A stretch of 63,100 nucleotides of DNA, counting the filler, from Intoshia linei (Eukaryota > Animalia > Orthonectida): NCBI GenBank assembly GCA_001642005.1. It is 6 parts of 6 records of this genome, joined end to end, with 100 filler letters (N's around TTAATTAATTAA, not from the genome) between each part and the next. Parts side by side here need not be neighbours in the genome. Positions count along the whole stretch, not along the records: positions 4,979 to 18,018 come from LWCA01001038.1; positions 18,119 to 21,570 come from LWCA01002096.1; positions 21,671 to 48,758 come from LWCA01000454.1; 3 more parts are not named here. The stretch is one strand, 5' to 3'. Under the pieces are notes generated by a model, which was given only the letters and a program-made list of their open reading frames with translations, was not told where the DNA came from and did no database searches. Made by a program: the position numbers and the translations under genes. Positions 12,386 to 24,687 of this stretch are shown piece after piece. Position 1 is the stretch's first letter. Each line of letters opens with the position of its first letter.

Positions 12386-13519
12386 CTAACCGATAAATGT
12401 ATTTATCAAAATTTTGTACATCAAGATAGTGTTGACATCAGTCATTTTAGAATAATTGGATTTTCCATTAGAGGATATTGTTGCAACCATGTTAATTAAA
12501 AGATTTATAGGAATATAAATATAGAATACCAATTGTCTGTTTCTTCTCAGAAAGTTTTTTAGATGTGGATTTAATTTTGCCTTATAATCTAGAGCAGCGT
12601 AAAATCCAAACAGTGCACCACTGATTGCAGTGTAAAATATAAATCCAACCACATGCTCATTAACTAGATAAAAGTATGCAGTTGCTTGAACTGCAATAAA
12701 GTAAATGACAATAATTGTATATTTAATACTCGAAACTTCAAATTTTTCAATTTTAATCATATCCCAATATGGTAAATGTATAATGTATACCAATGTAGTC
12801 ATTAATATAAAATATCCCCACGTCTTTCCAGTATCAGTTAAATATACATCTTTATTGTATAATGTTGATGATGTAGATAAATAGTTAGAAAAAACGAGTT
12901 CGCTCAAATTTTCAAATGATGAAATATCTTTTGAATGGTTTAAATTATCAAATATTTTTAGATTATTAGTGGTATGAAAAACATTTTTAGCTGATGTGTC
13001 ATACAAAATGATTGAATAGTGCAAAGTATACAAAAAATTTGACACAATTAACAATCCATACTGAATAAAATCAATGTATTCCTTTTTCAAATCTTTTAAA
13101 AATGATAGTGTGTAGTATTCTGTATGTATAAAAATCAAAACTACAAAATAAGTATTGATAGACATATTTATCATTAAAAGCATATATCTAATAGGGGCAT
13201 ATCCTAGAGCATTATGAATACTCCAATATTCCACTACATAATATAAGATTGTTGTACCAAAGAGGATACTTTCAAAAATAATCATTCTCGTTTGATAAGA
13301 CAACCTTTTTAATTGTGTTGTAGGAAAATTCGTAAAATAAAACAGTACTCCATTTATTCCAAAATATGCTAATGTCTCTGCAACAAAAATGGCTCCGATA
13401 ACTACATTGCCCTGTTTTGTATCTTTCACTCCGAACGGATTGAATATTACTGCTTCAACATTCAAACCTATTCCGAATATTAAGAGTATCATGCACATTT
13501 TCATGTAAAATTTAGTCAT
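12386..13519 (-). CDS. Intronless orphan multipass membrane protein (signal peptide plus ~7-8 TM)
   Basis: About 377-codon open frame in very AT-rich DNA; N-terminal hydrophobic signal; repeated ~20-aa hydrophobic segments. Confidence 0.7.
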   Translation of the reverse strand: MTKFYMKMCMILLIFGIGLNVEAVIFNPFGVKDTKQGNVVIGAIFVAETLAYFGINGVLFYFTNFPTTQLKRLSYQTRMIIFESILFGTTILYYVVEYWSIHNALGYAPIRYMLLMINMSINTYFVVLIFIHTEYYTLSFLKDLKKEYIDFIQYGLLIVSNFLYTLHYSIILYDTSAKNVFHTTNNLKIFDNLNHSKDISSFENLSELVFSNYLSTSSTLYNKDVYLTDTGKTWGYFILMTTLVYIIHLPYWDMIKIEKFEVSSIKYTIIVIYFIAVQATAYFYLVNEHVVGFIFYTAISGALFGFYAALDYKAKLNPHLKNFLRRNRQLVFYIYIPINLLINMVATISSNGKSNYSKMTDVNTILMYKILINTFIG

Positions 13520-13829
13520 TTTCAAATGTTTAAAATGTATAATGATTTAATATATACAATTCAAAGTTTTGTAAATATTTACATGTGCACTAGTTTACTG
13601 TTAGTTCTTTTGAACAAGTGATCACAAAAATTTTTCTACGTAGACCCGTCATATTAGATTACATTTAATTTAAAGTGAATTATTCTACCTTAATTTTATA
13701 TTGTTAACATTTGTGTAAAAATTTTAAAAAAAATTTGGTATTCCATTATTTTAATTTATTAGAGAGAATGAGTGTATCATAAGCCCTATGACATAGGGTG
13801 TACTCTTTTTTTGAATTATGGAGTGATAT

Positions 13830-14187
13830 CTAAGGAATATTCTATATTCGAACTCACAAATGAAAGAACCCACAATATCGAATTGTTGTATAATGCCGTA
13901 TTAACAATAAAGCCGACAACTGTGAACAGTGAAAGATCATTTAGTACCTGGGGTCGTTTCTTGACCAAATTTTGATCAAGAATAAACGATTCAGCAATCA
14001 ATGCATTATTTTTCTTGCATAATTATTACAAGTTATAATTTATAACATTAATTAAATCGTTTACATTTTACAAATTTAACCAACATGAAGGGTTTGTTAG
14101 TATTTTTCAACTTAACATTTATTTCCCGATTAATTGGAATTATTCGAAAATCGGATTTTCAATTTTTCAAATAATCGTGATTCCCTA
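13830..14187 (+). pseudogene. hAT transposase C-terminal dimerisation-domain remnant with probable right terminus
   Basis: LLYNAVLTIKPTTVNSERSFS...KF*SRINDSAINALFFLHNYY; ends ...ATTCCCTA. Confidence 0.7.
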
Positions 14188-14369
14188 GTTTGAATTAAAA
14201 AAAGTAATTTTACTGAGGCTCCGAAATGTAATTTATAATATTATTATTAAAAAAAAATCAAAATGCTGCAATTTCTACCGTTAGATTTTTTTAAGCTTTT
14301 TTATAAACTATAAATTAAAAATTTAGTGTATTTCATTTTGTATATACTTTTATATAAATTATAAATACT

Positions 14370-15330
14370 TTAAAGGAGTGTTCCAAACTTGTTACACGTG
14401 GACCCGTCATATCACATTACTTTTTAATTTATAGTAAATTATTCCATCTTAATTTTCCATTTTAAAATTTGCGTAAACAATTGTTATCCCATTTTTTTAA
14501 TTTATTAGACAGAATGTATGTATAATATTAAAAATAAAGTAAAAACAGTTTAATCCTAAAAATTGTCATAAATAGCATAAATTCCAGAAAAAATATAATT
14601 GTAAAAACCTATTTTGTCATTTTCAATGTGATAATATACATTCAGTATCAATTCAATAAATACTTAAAAATACCAATTATATATCAATGATTAACGGAAT
14701 CACAACTTTATAAACATATTTCAGGTGAATTTACCAATATTGCAAAGGATTGTAATAAATATAAAAATGATAATAACAAAGTTGTATTACTTTTAGTAAT
14801 CGTTGTTATAGTTTTAATTTAAATTTTAAACAAAATGTTATAAAAATGAGAATTTGAAATTTAAAAATTGCGAAGAAATGAATTATATAGATTTTCACCC
14901 ATATTTCTTTATTCGAAATGTTCAATGTACATTTTTTTTGAAATTGCAGGATCAATATTTACATTTTCAATTTTTATTTTAATCGAAATATTTGAAAATA
15001 TTGGCTTGATAATATAGTATCACTTATTTCGATTGAAATTTTTTGTTTGTGTTAACAGGATACAACTGTACTACCTTAAAATTTTTTTAAATTTTTAAAA
15101 TCCGTATCAAAGTGTATATTTTTTTCACTTCTCGAACTCGTTTGATTTACAAAAAAAGATAATTGGGCTTTTGTCCCGTAATATGTGAGTTTAGAAGGCT
15201 GAAATTTATCTTACTAAGACCCAGAAAAAACTGTAATAGAAATTTGGCCTTTATAAAATTCTAAAATTGGTAGTTATTGAAATAAACTACCAGTTATACA
15301 GAGACAAACAAAGCATATTATAAGTAAGGA
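14370..15330 (-). mobile_element. Helitron copy with 5' terminus
   Basis: Homologous to family core; minus strand starts A|TCCTTACTTATAATATGC at 15330. Confidence 0.7.
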
Positions 15331-16613
15331 TATAGTATTAGTCATGATTTTAGAAAAATTTTTTGATTCTTTATTTGATTTTCTGGTTTGATCGATGGTA
15401 CACATTTTTACTGAAAATGTTAAAATCTATTTTAATTTCAAAAATTGACCTCTTCGCTTTTGACCATTATGAAATATTTAGTAATTTAGAAATTTTTTAC
15501 GAGGCCCGCGAAAAATTTTTTTTTGAATTGGAGGTCCATGAAGTGTTGAGTTTAAGGACCACTGATAAAGATGTTATGTTGTTAACAATGTTTAAAAATC
15601 ATTTTTCATTTTGTGAACATTGGCGGGGTAAAGTTTGAAAATTGTAGATTTTAATATTACATGTTATGTGTATGTAATTTTTGTTAGGAAATATTACCAT
15701 AAGATAAGCACTCTCCAAATAAATATATGTCGATAACCATCTAATTGCTAATTTGATGGTAAATTTAAAAAATTTGCAACTTAAACATACTATTTTGCAT
15801 TAAAATTACAGTAATCTCATGATATATTGGGAAACACATAGGTCAAAATATACCACTTTGGAAAGCGCTGTTTTATATGGTAGTGAATATTGTTGATATG
15901 AAAAATTACTCCAAGCAATTCGTTTAAAACGTAAGATATTTCATTGGATCCAATCCATTCTTTGGAATTTAAAAAACTTTGTTGTTTATCTCCGATTTTA
16001 ATTAAAACCTAAATGGGTACAATGAAACAAAATTTAAAAACCATAAAATACGCAAAAAATATACCACAGCCAATATAACTGGTGTGTAATACACAGATAA
16101 TAATATGTAATATATTCAGTAGTTCTGAGTAAATTCTACTATATTGTAATATATATTATGTATTAATCATTAACCATTCGACATATTTACTAAAAGTTTT
16201 GCATATTTTTAAAAAAAATAATGAAAAAAATATTTTCATTTTAAATACCATCAAGTTTTTTAATTTGAATAAAAATTTTCATTCATTTTAGCGAAAGGGT
16301 TTAATTTAATGAGAAATTGTTCCAATTTTCGTATAATATAAGAAATTTTAAATAATTCGCTACACATCTAGAATTCATCCGTGATACGCCAATGGGTCGC
16401 GAGTCACGACAGCCCGTTGGAAAGAACATTATTACTTACTGTATGGTAGTTAAATTGTAATAAAATGCTCTTTAATTTGCAGTATATTATTGTTCACATT
16501 GTTACGAAATAAAAAGTACACTATATTTCAATTTGTAAATTTCAAAATATTTCAATTTCAGCTTTAAAATAAAAGGTATTTTTTAAGATAGATTAATTTA
16601 AATTGTAGTATAA

Positions 16614-17273
16614 ATGTATGAAAATATTACAAGTAAATTGAATGTTATGGAGCGCAAAAGATACAAGTGTCTGAATTTACAAAAGAAAATTAACATTCTC
16701 GATCAAATTTCAAAGGGAATCAAAAAGTCACAAATAGCACAAAATTTTGGTGTTTGTGCCAGTTCAATATCATATATATTAAAGAATAAGAATAGAATTC
16801 AACGTACAGCCGATTCTTCATGTCCAAAAACATTAAAATTATCAAAAATACGTACTGTTAAAAATAAAGAACTAGAAATAGAAGTTGTAAAGTTTTATCA
16901 AAATTCATGTAAAAATAAATTACCTATTTCAGGCTACTTAATACAGGAAAAGGCATTATCATTAGCAAAAGAAATGAATATAGATAGTTTTCGAGCCAGT
17001 GACGGTTGGTTGACGAAATTTAAAAGAAGGAATTCGATAAATTTGAAATTAATACGACGTGAAAATAAAGTCAACAAAGTTGAGGCAGATAGTACAGTGG
17101 AAGTCAAGAAAGAAAATATTTTAGTAGAAAATATAACACAAAAAGATGTTACACCTTCAAGAGAGCAAATTTCCGATGCAATCAAAACTATTTACAAAGC
17201 CTTAAGTCGTAAAAATAATGCTCCGTATGAAATGTATATGAATATAGCATCTGTATATGCTTTTCTACAATAA
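16614..17273 (+). CDS. CENP-B/Tigger (pogo)-derived protein: HTH_psq + HTH_CENPB + short C-terminal helix pair, no DDE domain
   Basis: RKRYKCLNLQKKINIL...KSQIAQNFGVCASSISYILKNK; LPISGYLIQEKAL...FRASDGWLTKFKRR; TPSREQISDAIKTI. Intact ORF, AATAAA at ~17353, no TIRs seen. Confidence 0.85.
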   Translation: MYENITSKLNVMERKRYKCLNLQKKINILDQISKGIKKSQIAQNFGVCASSISYILKNKNRIQRTADSSCPKTLKLSKIRTVKNKELEIEVVKFYQNSCKNKLPISGYLIQEKALSLAKEMNIDSFRASDGWLTKFKRRNSINLKLIRRENKVNKVEADSTVEVKKENILVENITQKDVTPSREQISDAIKTIYKALSRKNNAPYEMYMNIASVYAFLQ

Positions 17274-18234
17274 TTTAAACAATACAATTTTTTATATAAA
17301 TTCACGTCTCTCAAGGGTGTAGCGAGCTATGTAAAGTTAGGCCATTGTAATAAATAAAATTTTATCTAAATTGCCTGATATTTAACCACGAGATTCACTA
17401 TTTTTAATTTCTTTTCTTTTGAATGAAACTTATATTATGTAACTTTTTGCAACAAAACTTTTGTTGTAAAATTAAGTTTCGATCGATCATTTATAGAGAG
17501 TCATTGTATTATATTGTATTATTATAATATAATATATGTATTATATTGTATGATAAAAGAACCTGTTGAATTTTTTTATGATCCGGTGGAGTGACATCGG
17601 AGTGACCATTAAGATAGTACCAAGAAAATATGGTTTGTAATGACCTATATGCACAACCCCATCCTTTATCATTTACATTCGAATCGCCGTAATGGTAATA
17701 GAGATAATTTCCTTTAACAAAATATTCTTCTATGGATTTTTTCGTAGTATCTAAAAAATTGAACTATATTACGTTTATATATTTCGATATTCCTATGTGA
17801 ATTACATTATGTGTTTGAAACTTTGATGAGCCGCGATTGAATTAATAACAAGTTCTCATTTTACCGGGTTACACTAGGTTGTTTATTTTATGTTAGTGAT
17901 GTATTAATAGTACTCATATATTTTATTAACAAAAAAATGTGAAATAATTAACGGTCCGACAATTAAAAAAAAAGAGATTATTCTGATAGAGCTTATTCCA
18001 GTTGATATAAATACAAAANNNNNNNNNNNNNNNNNNNNNNNNNNNNNNNNNNNNNNNNNNNNTTAATTAATTAANNNNNNNNNNNNNNNNNNNNNNNNNN
18101 NNNNNNNNNNNNNNNNNNTTATTGCGCGGCTAATTAGCGATTTGTGTGATAACTTTTCATATAAAAGTGGCAAAAGAAAAATAATGGTATCAACAAGCGT
18201 ATTTTATATAAGCGTAAAAATGAATATAAAATGA

Positions 18235-18560
18235 TTACTTGTTATAAACTATTTTTTTTTCAAATTGTATTTCATTACACTTCTCGTTACTGTCATTGCC
18301 CATTCTTGAAATTATAATAGTAACGTCGTCAGTAAATGTTTTTTCATAGTATGTGCAACAAATTAGATGTTGCGGTTTGAATTTGTATGTATACAAAAAA
18401 TAATTGTTATTATACTGCAAATAAAAAGTTTTCAAAATTATTCCATAATCTGTATATTCTTTATTTATAACTCCACTGTTTATCTGTTTCTAAATATAAT
18501 TTATTGACAAAAAGTACAATTGCCACCCATTGAGGAAGAATAGAGTGTTGAAATATACAC
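18235..18560 (-). CDS. Possible 3' exons of an unknown small gene
   Basis: Open frame KQINSGVINKEYTDYG...EKKIVYNK* preceded by a short GT-AG intron and an in-phase exon (CIFQHSILPQWVAI). No homology recognised. Confidence 0.25.
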
Positions 18561-19583
18561 TATAGAAAACATTATTTGAAAAAGCTGAAAATAAATCCTA
18601 GGTAAATCATTTCAATATGTGATAACTCATATATGATTATAATTTTCTCATTGTAAGGTATTTATTTATTAATTCAGCGTTAATGTTTCTCTAGAACAGT
18701 TTTTCCCAAAATGATGTTAGGCCTCACCAGGGGTCTACACAGTTTCCAGGCAAAGCCGAAATTACTATTCTCGAGACCAATCACCAAAATATAATATAGA
18801 ACCCTAAAAAATTTGTTTCGAAAACAATGCGTTGTGCCATATTCCCCCTAACCACCTCTCTAAGGTTTTTTAATAATACTTAAAGACTTTATTTTAAATT
18901 TAATACAAAAATTAATTGTAATATTTTAGAATATTTTTTTATGCTTAATTTGGAAAAATGAAACCCCCATTATATAAAAATTTCATCTATCCCTCCTAAC
19001 AGGATCTCGGTAGAGTAGGTTCGACACTGTTTCCAGTTACCAGATATTTTAAATTTTTTTAATTTCAACATCTCGCAGCCTCTTAGCTGCGACAATCCCC
19101 ATTAGAGAAAAAATGTATTATATGCTAAACAGATTAAATTGTTTTTACATTAAATTCATATTGACAGAAATAACTTTAATACGAAAAAAATCTTTAAATT
19201 CATAAAATAACAAACATAACAAATAAATATAATATATTTCCTATATATTATATAGGAAGAAAATGGTAAAATGTTAATTACAATACAGGTATCATGGTTA
19301 AAATTTCGAGGTGATTTTACTTTTTTTTTATTATTAATTTTAATAGAAATGGGATGCGAAATTGGCAGCAAAGTGAATATTTTTAAAATATTAATGGGGC
19401 TGACGTATTCCATAATTATTATATAAAGGCCAATATCAAGAAAAAATTAATTTTTCTATCGCTAAGAAAAATCCGCAAATTTTATTTTTTTAAACAAACT
19501 AATCTACAGTAAAGTCCGATTAGTTTCATAACGTGAAACACCCTAACCTAACTACTATAGTAATGTAAATTTTTTATAATTAA

Positions 19584-21570
19584 CTAGCTTGGCTGTTTTG
19601 TACTACGTACAAACAGCACCTAGCTCTGCCGAGGGCACTCTTTTATTATACCAAAAAAATAAATTCACGTTTAAAATCTAACTTAAAAATCCTACTATTA
19701 ACTATTATCAATCCTTTAAAGGAGTTTTTCGCAAATTTGTTTTAGGTGGAACCGTCATATCACATTACTTTTTACTTTAAAGTGAATTATTTTATTTTAA
19801 TTTTTTTTGTTAACATTTGCGTAAAGAATTTTAAAAACAATTATTATTCCCCATTTTTTTAATTTATTAGACAGAATGTGTGTATAATATTAAAAATAAA
19901 GTAAAAACAGTCCAATCCTAAAAATTGTCATAAATAGCATAAATTCCAAAAAAATAAAATTAGTCCAATACTAAAAATTGTCATAAAGGTGTGAGTTTTG
20001 GAAATTGAAATTTATATTATTATATGTAAAAATTAACATAAATAGCATAAATTCCAGAAAAAATAAAATTATTAAAACATATTTTTTTATTTTCAATGTG
20101 ATGACATATATTCAGTACCAATTTAATAAATACTTAACAATACCAATTGTGTATCAATAATTAATTGAATTTTCACTTTATAAATATTTCAGTCAAAATT
20201 TACCATTATTGCAAAGGATTGTAATATAAAAATGATTAATGTTAAAAATGTGTCCATACTTTTGGCTTTTTTTCTTGTTTTATAAAAAAATTGGATTGTC
20301 TACTGAAAATTTTCTTAATCAGAATGAATACAGTATAATGATTAATTAAAAAAAATTATCAAAACAATTGTTGTCTTACTTATTTTAGATATGTTCTTTT
20401 TGAAACTCATTAAGACGCCTTATCTTTATTATTTTGGACTGTTAGCTACTGATGTAGTTTTTTTTTTACCATTTTATGTTAAATTTGTAACAATTATCAA
20501 TATTAATAATAAAAAGTAAATAAACATAACAAGTAACGCTTATTATCGCTTAAGCTAAACTTTTGAACACGTGCTCTAAAACGTTCCATAAACTGAATAT
20601 TTGGTTGAATTACACCAAACTATACTATATTACACAAACGGAAACTATGAGTACCTCTCTGAGTTGTTTGCAATTGTAGATTGTTATTTTTTCTGTACGG
20701 ATGATTTTGATAAGGTTTACGGTATATCGATAAATACCTCAACCTCATCCATAAAATACTAAATTCAAACATAATCTCACCTATCCAATTTAACTACACA
20801 ACAACCCGACAAAATATAAAAATATTTAAAAAACAATTTGCGACAAATCTCCACAAAAATTCCTTCTACAACCGAATAACGAACCACTTTAACCAATTAC
20901 CCAAAGCAATTACATCACTCAAATCCTCAACAGTTTTCAAAAAGCAAACCACAAAAGTTAATTTTAAAAAAACTATTACTTAAAGCAATATATAATGTAT
21001 ACATGTATATATATGTGTATAATGTATAAGCAATGTATACAAGCAAATTGTTTACTTCAATAAATCATTATTATTATTATTTAATAATAAAAATAACACG
21101 TTTCAGTTAGTATAAATTTAATTTTATATTTTATATTATGTGCTGTAGTGTCATAAATAAAGTTTACAAAATTTTTTGAAAATGAAAATTTGAAATTTAA
21201 AAATTGCGTAGCAATGAAAAATCATTCCGAAGGAATGAATTATATAGATTTTCACATATATGTCTTTACTGGAAATGTGTAGACGTACAATCCACATGTT
21301 TTTTGAAATTGTAGGATCAATATTTACATTTTCTATTTTTGATTTTAATCGAAATATTTGAAAAATATTGGTTAATAATATACTAAAAATTATTTTTCAC
21401 CGGGAATGCGTAGATTTCTGGGGTTGAAATTTTGTATTTATATCAACTGGAATAATCTTTATCAGAATAATTTTTTTTTAATTTTCGGACTGTTAATTAT
21501 TTTATATATATTGTTATAATAAAATGTTTCGGAAAAAAAATATATGAATACTAAAATGCTTTTTTGACCG
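19584..21570 (-). mobile_element. Helitron copy interrupted by nested insertions (~20225-21150)
   Basis: Minus-strand 3' end GCTGTTTGTAC-GTA-GTACAAAACAGC-CAAG-CTAG|T. The family core resumes at ~21160 and runs into the gap. Confidence 0.8.
20740..21081 (+). mobile_element. 5'-truncated CR1/L2-type LINE 3' end
   Basis: YTTTRQNIKIF...KNSFYNRITNHFNQLPKAITSLKSSTVFKK matches the RT C-terminal FxxRxxxxWNxLP...SxxxFK motif. Short 3' UTR ends AATAAATC(ATT)n. Confidence 0.75.
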
Positions 21571-22881
21571 NNNNNNNNNNNNNNNNNNNNNNNNNNNNNN
21601 NNNNNNNNNNNNNNTTAATTAATTAANNNNNNNNNNNNNNNNNNNNNNNNNNNNNNNNNNNNNNNNNNNNCAATAGTATTCAATTCTGTTAATAATTTCG
21701 TAAGTTGTAACGCAAAGATTTTCCTTTTCCAATCATATATAATAATCCATATATGTACTTTATTTAACATTTCTATTGACCTTCAAATATGCCTATTTTA
21801 GGCGCCTTTTCGAACTTTAGGCGTATTTTAAAAAAATCTGGACGTGATGCAGAAACACTGATTATACCATCTTGTGCAGAATAAAAATCTCTTCCAGGTG
21901 CACTATATTTTATTCTTGCACCTCAAAAAAATTGTTTTGTTGGGCAGTGTAATTGGTGTTAGATAACTTATATTGTCAAACTCTTAATAAATTAATTATC
22001 GTTCAATTTAATTCAATTTTTTTTATTTGTTGAAAAAAATGAAAAATATTTATTTTCGCATCGCCCAGTAAAAAAGTCCAATCGCCACTAGTAAGTGATA
22101 TCGCCCATGTTGAAAAACATTGCTTTAAAGTAATTTCATATTTTTAAATCATTACAATTAATTTTTTTAAAGTTCAGAAGATTTCAAAATTATATTAAAA
22201 GTATGTAATTCATGTACAATAAATGTATTATAATCTCATTCAAAAAATTTTTCATAATACATGAATTGATCAAAGAAATTAAGTAAAATAAATATTTTAG
22301 ATAAAAAAAAATTCGTTTGTTCGTAATAAAAAAAGGGTTGCAAAAATTTTTCTTGTTCATAAGTGCGTCACGAGGTATAAAAAGTTGAGAACCATTTCCT
22401 TAAGGAGAAAATACCATTTATTCAATATTCTTTTGAAAAATCCGAATTTACCAAATCTTATGAGCAACAACTTCCTAATCCAAAACCCAAAATGGAAAAA
22501 ATCACTTTTTTTTGATATTTTTATGAAAAACACCATGTTAATAAATCTTATGAGAAAAAACCTTTAATTTTTTTATAAATGTTTTATGTTTACTTTGTGG
22601 TCCAAAAAAATAAATATTTAGAAATAGGGGTCCGTACACTATTTGAATCGGGAACCACTGCTATATACATTTTATATAATTCTATTAATTTTTATTAACA
22701 AAAATTTCCCGTTCATAAAATTATGAAAACTTAAAGCAGTTTCTTAACATCTGGATGGTTAAAAATATTATCAAGTTCACAAGTTTTAAACAATAGATAC
22801 TGTAATCAATTTTTTTAATGTGCCTAATAATAATATATGGGCCTACAAATTTCATCTGGTCTACTTTTGGTTCTCCACGGC

Positions 22882-23917
22882 CAGGGACAGCTTCAAGAGG
22901 TGTAGATAGTGCAGTTGCACCCTAAATTTTTAATTAATGTTTTGTAAAATAACTGAAAAAGGTTTCAAATTTATATGGCTTGACAACACTCCTTCAGGGA
23001 AGAGATTTAGATATTGCAAGTGCATACAAAAAGATTAACAATAAAAACAGGAAATTGAAGACATACGGGAAAACATTAATAAACAAATATAAATATAAAC
23101 ACAGAGCAAATATAGAAAAATCTGATATTGAGAGTTTTTTTAAAATAAACATTGCAAATCATTTTTTCGATTATATTTTAGCTGAACTCAGCTTACGATT
23201 TTTCAGTGGTCAACAGATTTTTTTGAAAGGATTTTCCCTACATCCCACTTATTCCAAAACGAGTCATTTTGAAGATTAAAAGAATTCGCAGAAAAATATG
23301 AATTATTTTTACCATGCATATCATTAGATGAAGATCTCAAAGCAGAACATACTAGACGGAAAAAAAAACTTGATTCAAAGACCACTATCATACAATTAAT
23401 CGAAAGCTGCAATTCTAATTTGTTTCCAAATATTCATCAACTTTTAATTATTTTGGCAACATTGGCAATCACCACATGTAAATGTGAACGCTACATTAGC
23501 ATTTTAAAAAGATTGAAAACCTTAAGATCAACAATGACTGGTAATCGTCTATGTTGACTGGCCCTCATGAATTACCACTATGACTATAATTTTGATTTTT
23601 AAAGTTTGGTTAATGAATTTGCAATACTTCATCCAAGAAGACTGGACCTAATTGATTTAGTATTATTTAATGAACAAAATTAAGTTGTCTTTTTTTTTGT
23701 GCTGAGCATTTTTTTTATTTTTGCGAAAAAATACAAATTTGGAAACTATTGTATAACATGTAACCTTTAAATGAAATTAAAAGAGACACTTTAAAATCAA
23801 ACTAGACGTCTTGATATTAAAAGAGACGTCCCTATAAAATTTTTTCGCCTTAGGCAAAGTTAAATATATTGTTCGCTTCGCTCGCACCCATTAACTAGCC
23901 TCTTGGATCCGCCCCTA
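22882..23917 (+). mobile_element. Internally deleted hAT element (ZMYM1/THAP12-like transposase C-terminal part, pseudogene)
   Basis: LQGRDLDIASA, FFDYILAELSLRF, LFPNIHQLLIILATLAITTCKCER...LKRLK.LRSTMTGNRL. Imperfect TIRs CAGGGACAGCTTCAAGAGG / CCTCTTGGATCCGCCCCTA. Confidence 0.8.
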
Positions 23918-24258
23918 GCGGCATGGGGTAAAACCTACTATCCCATATGACCTATATAAACTGGTTCTACACAAATCAATAAAATCAATTTTTTTTGAAG
24001 AAAAGTTTCATTAATCGAATTTAGCCATAATTGGTAGATAATGGTGAATCCATTTCAATAGGTTACAAACAAGCTCTTATTTATACACTTAAATTATCAA
24101 AATTATTGAATAATTTTAAAAAACCACAAAAAAATTTTTTGGTTATCATTCTTATTGTTCGCAAATTATTCAAATTATATAACCATTAATACCAAGTATA
24201 ATTATTAAAATGTTAAATGAACAATAAAATAAAGTAATAAATTAATAAATAAAAATTA

Positions 24259-24687
24259 CCTGTGAATAATGTGCTTGCTGTGAACATGTTCAACACGAGC
24301 AATCATTTGATCGGTGAGCATGAGTACAGTTTTAAGCGAAAATTGTCTAGAACAAAAATGAAACAAATCTTCAAGTGATGGACCAAGAAGTTCCATAATG
24401 AGAATATTGTACTCTTTTTTGTACAGACCAAACCATTTAAATGTTGGTATACCGATTCCTGGTTGAAGAATACGGTATATGCGACTTTCGTATAAAAGTT
24501 GAGGGTGTCGTGCCTTCTGTGATTCCAATTTGACTGCAACTTCGTCCCTTGTTTCAATATGAACAGCCAAGTAGATATCACCAAATGATCCGCCGCCAAT
24601 CTTGCGAATGAGGCGGTATTGATTTTTGTCTCCAACAAGCATATCCCAAATTGATGTACCAGCTGAATGAGACGTGTTTGTCGTCAT
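24259..24687 (-). CDS. CSNK1A1: Casein kinase I alpha-like, first coding exon (remainder not in window)
   Basis: [17 protein letters not shown]...[20 protein letters not shown]...[14 protein letters not shown]...IIHR, followed by donor AG|GTAAT. Confidence 0.85.

Noticed and set aside
16389-16420. GC-rich hairpin upstream of the CENP-B-like gene (ncRNA?)
   Set aside because: Resembles the decayed GGGTCGCGA...GTTG subterminal sequence of hAT MITEs; no RNA-family features.
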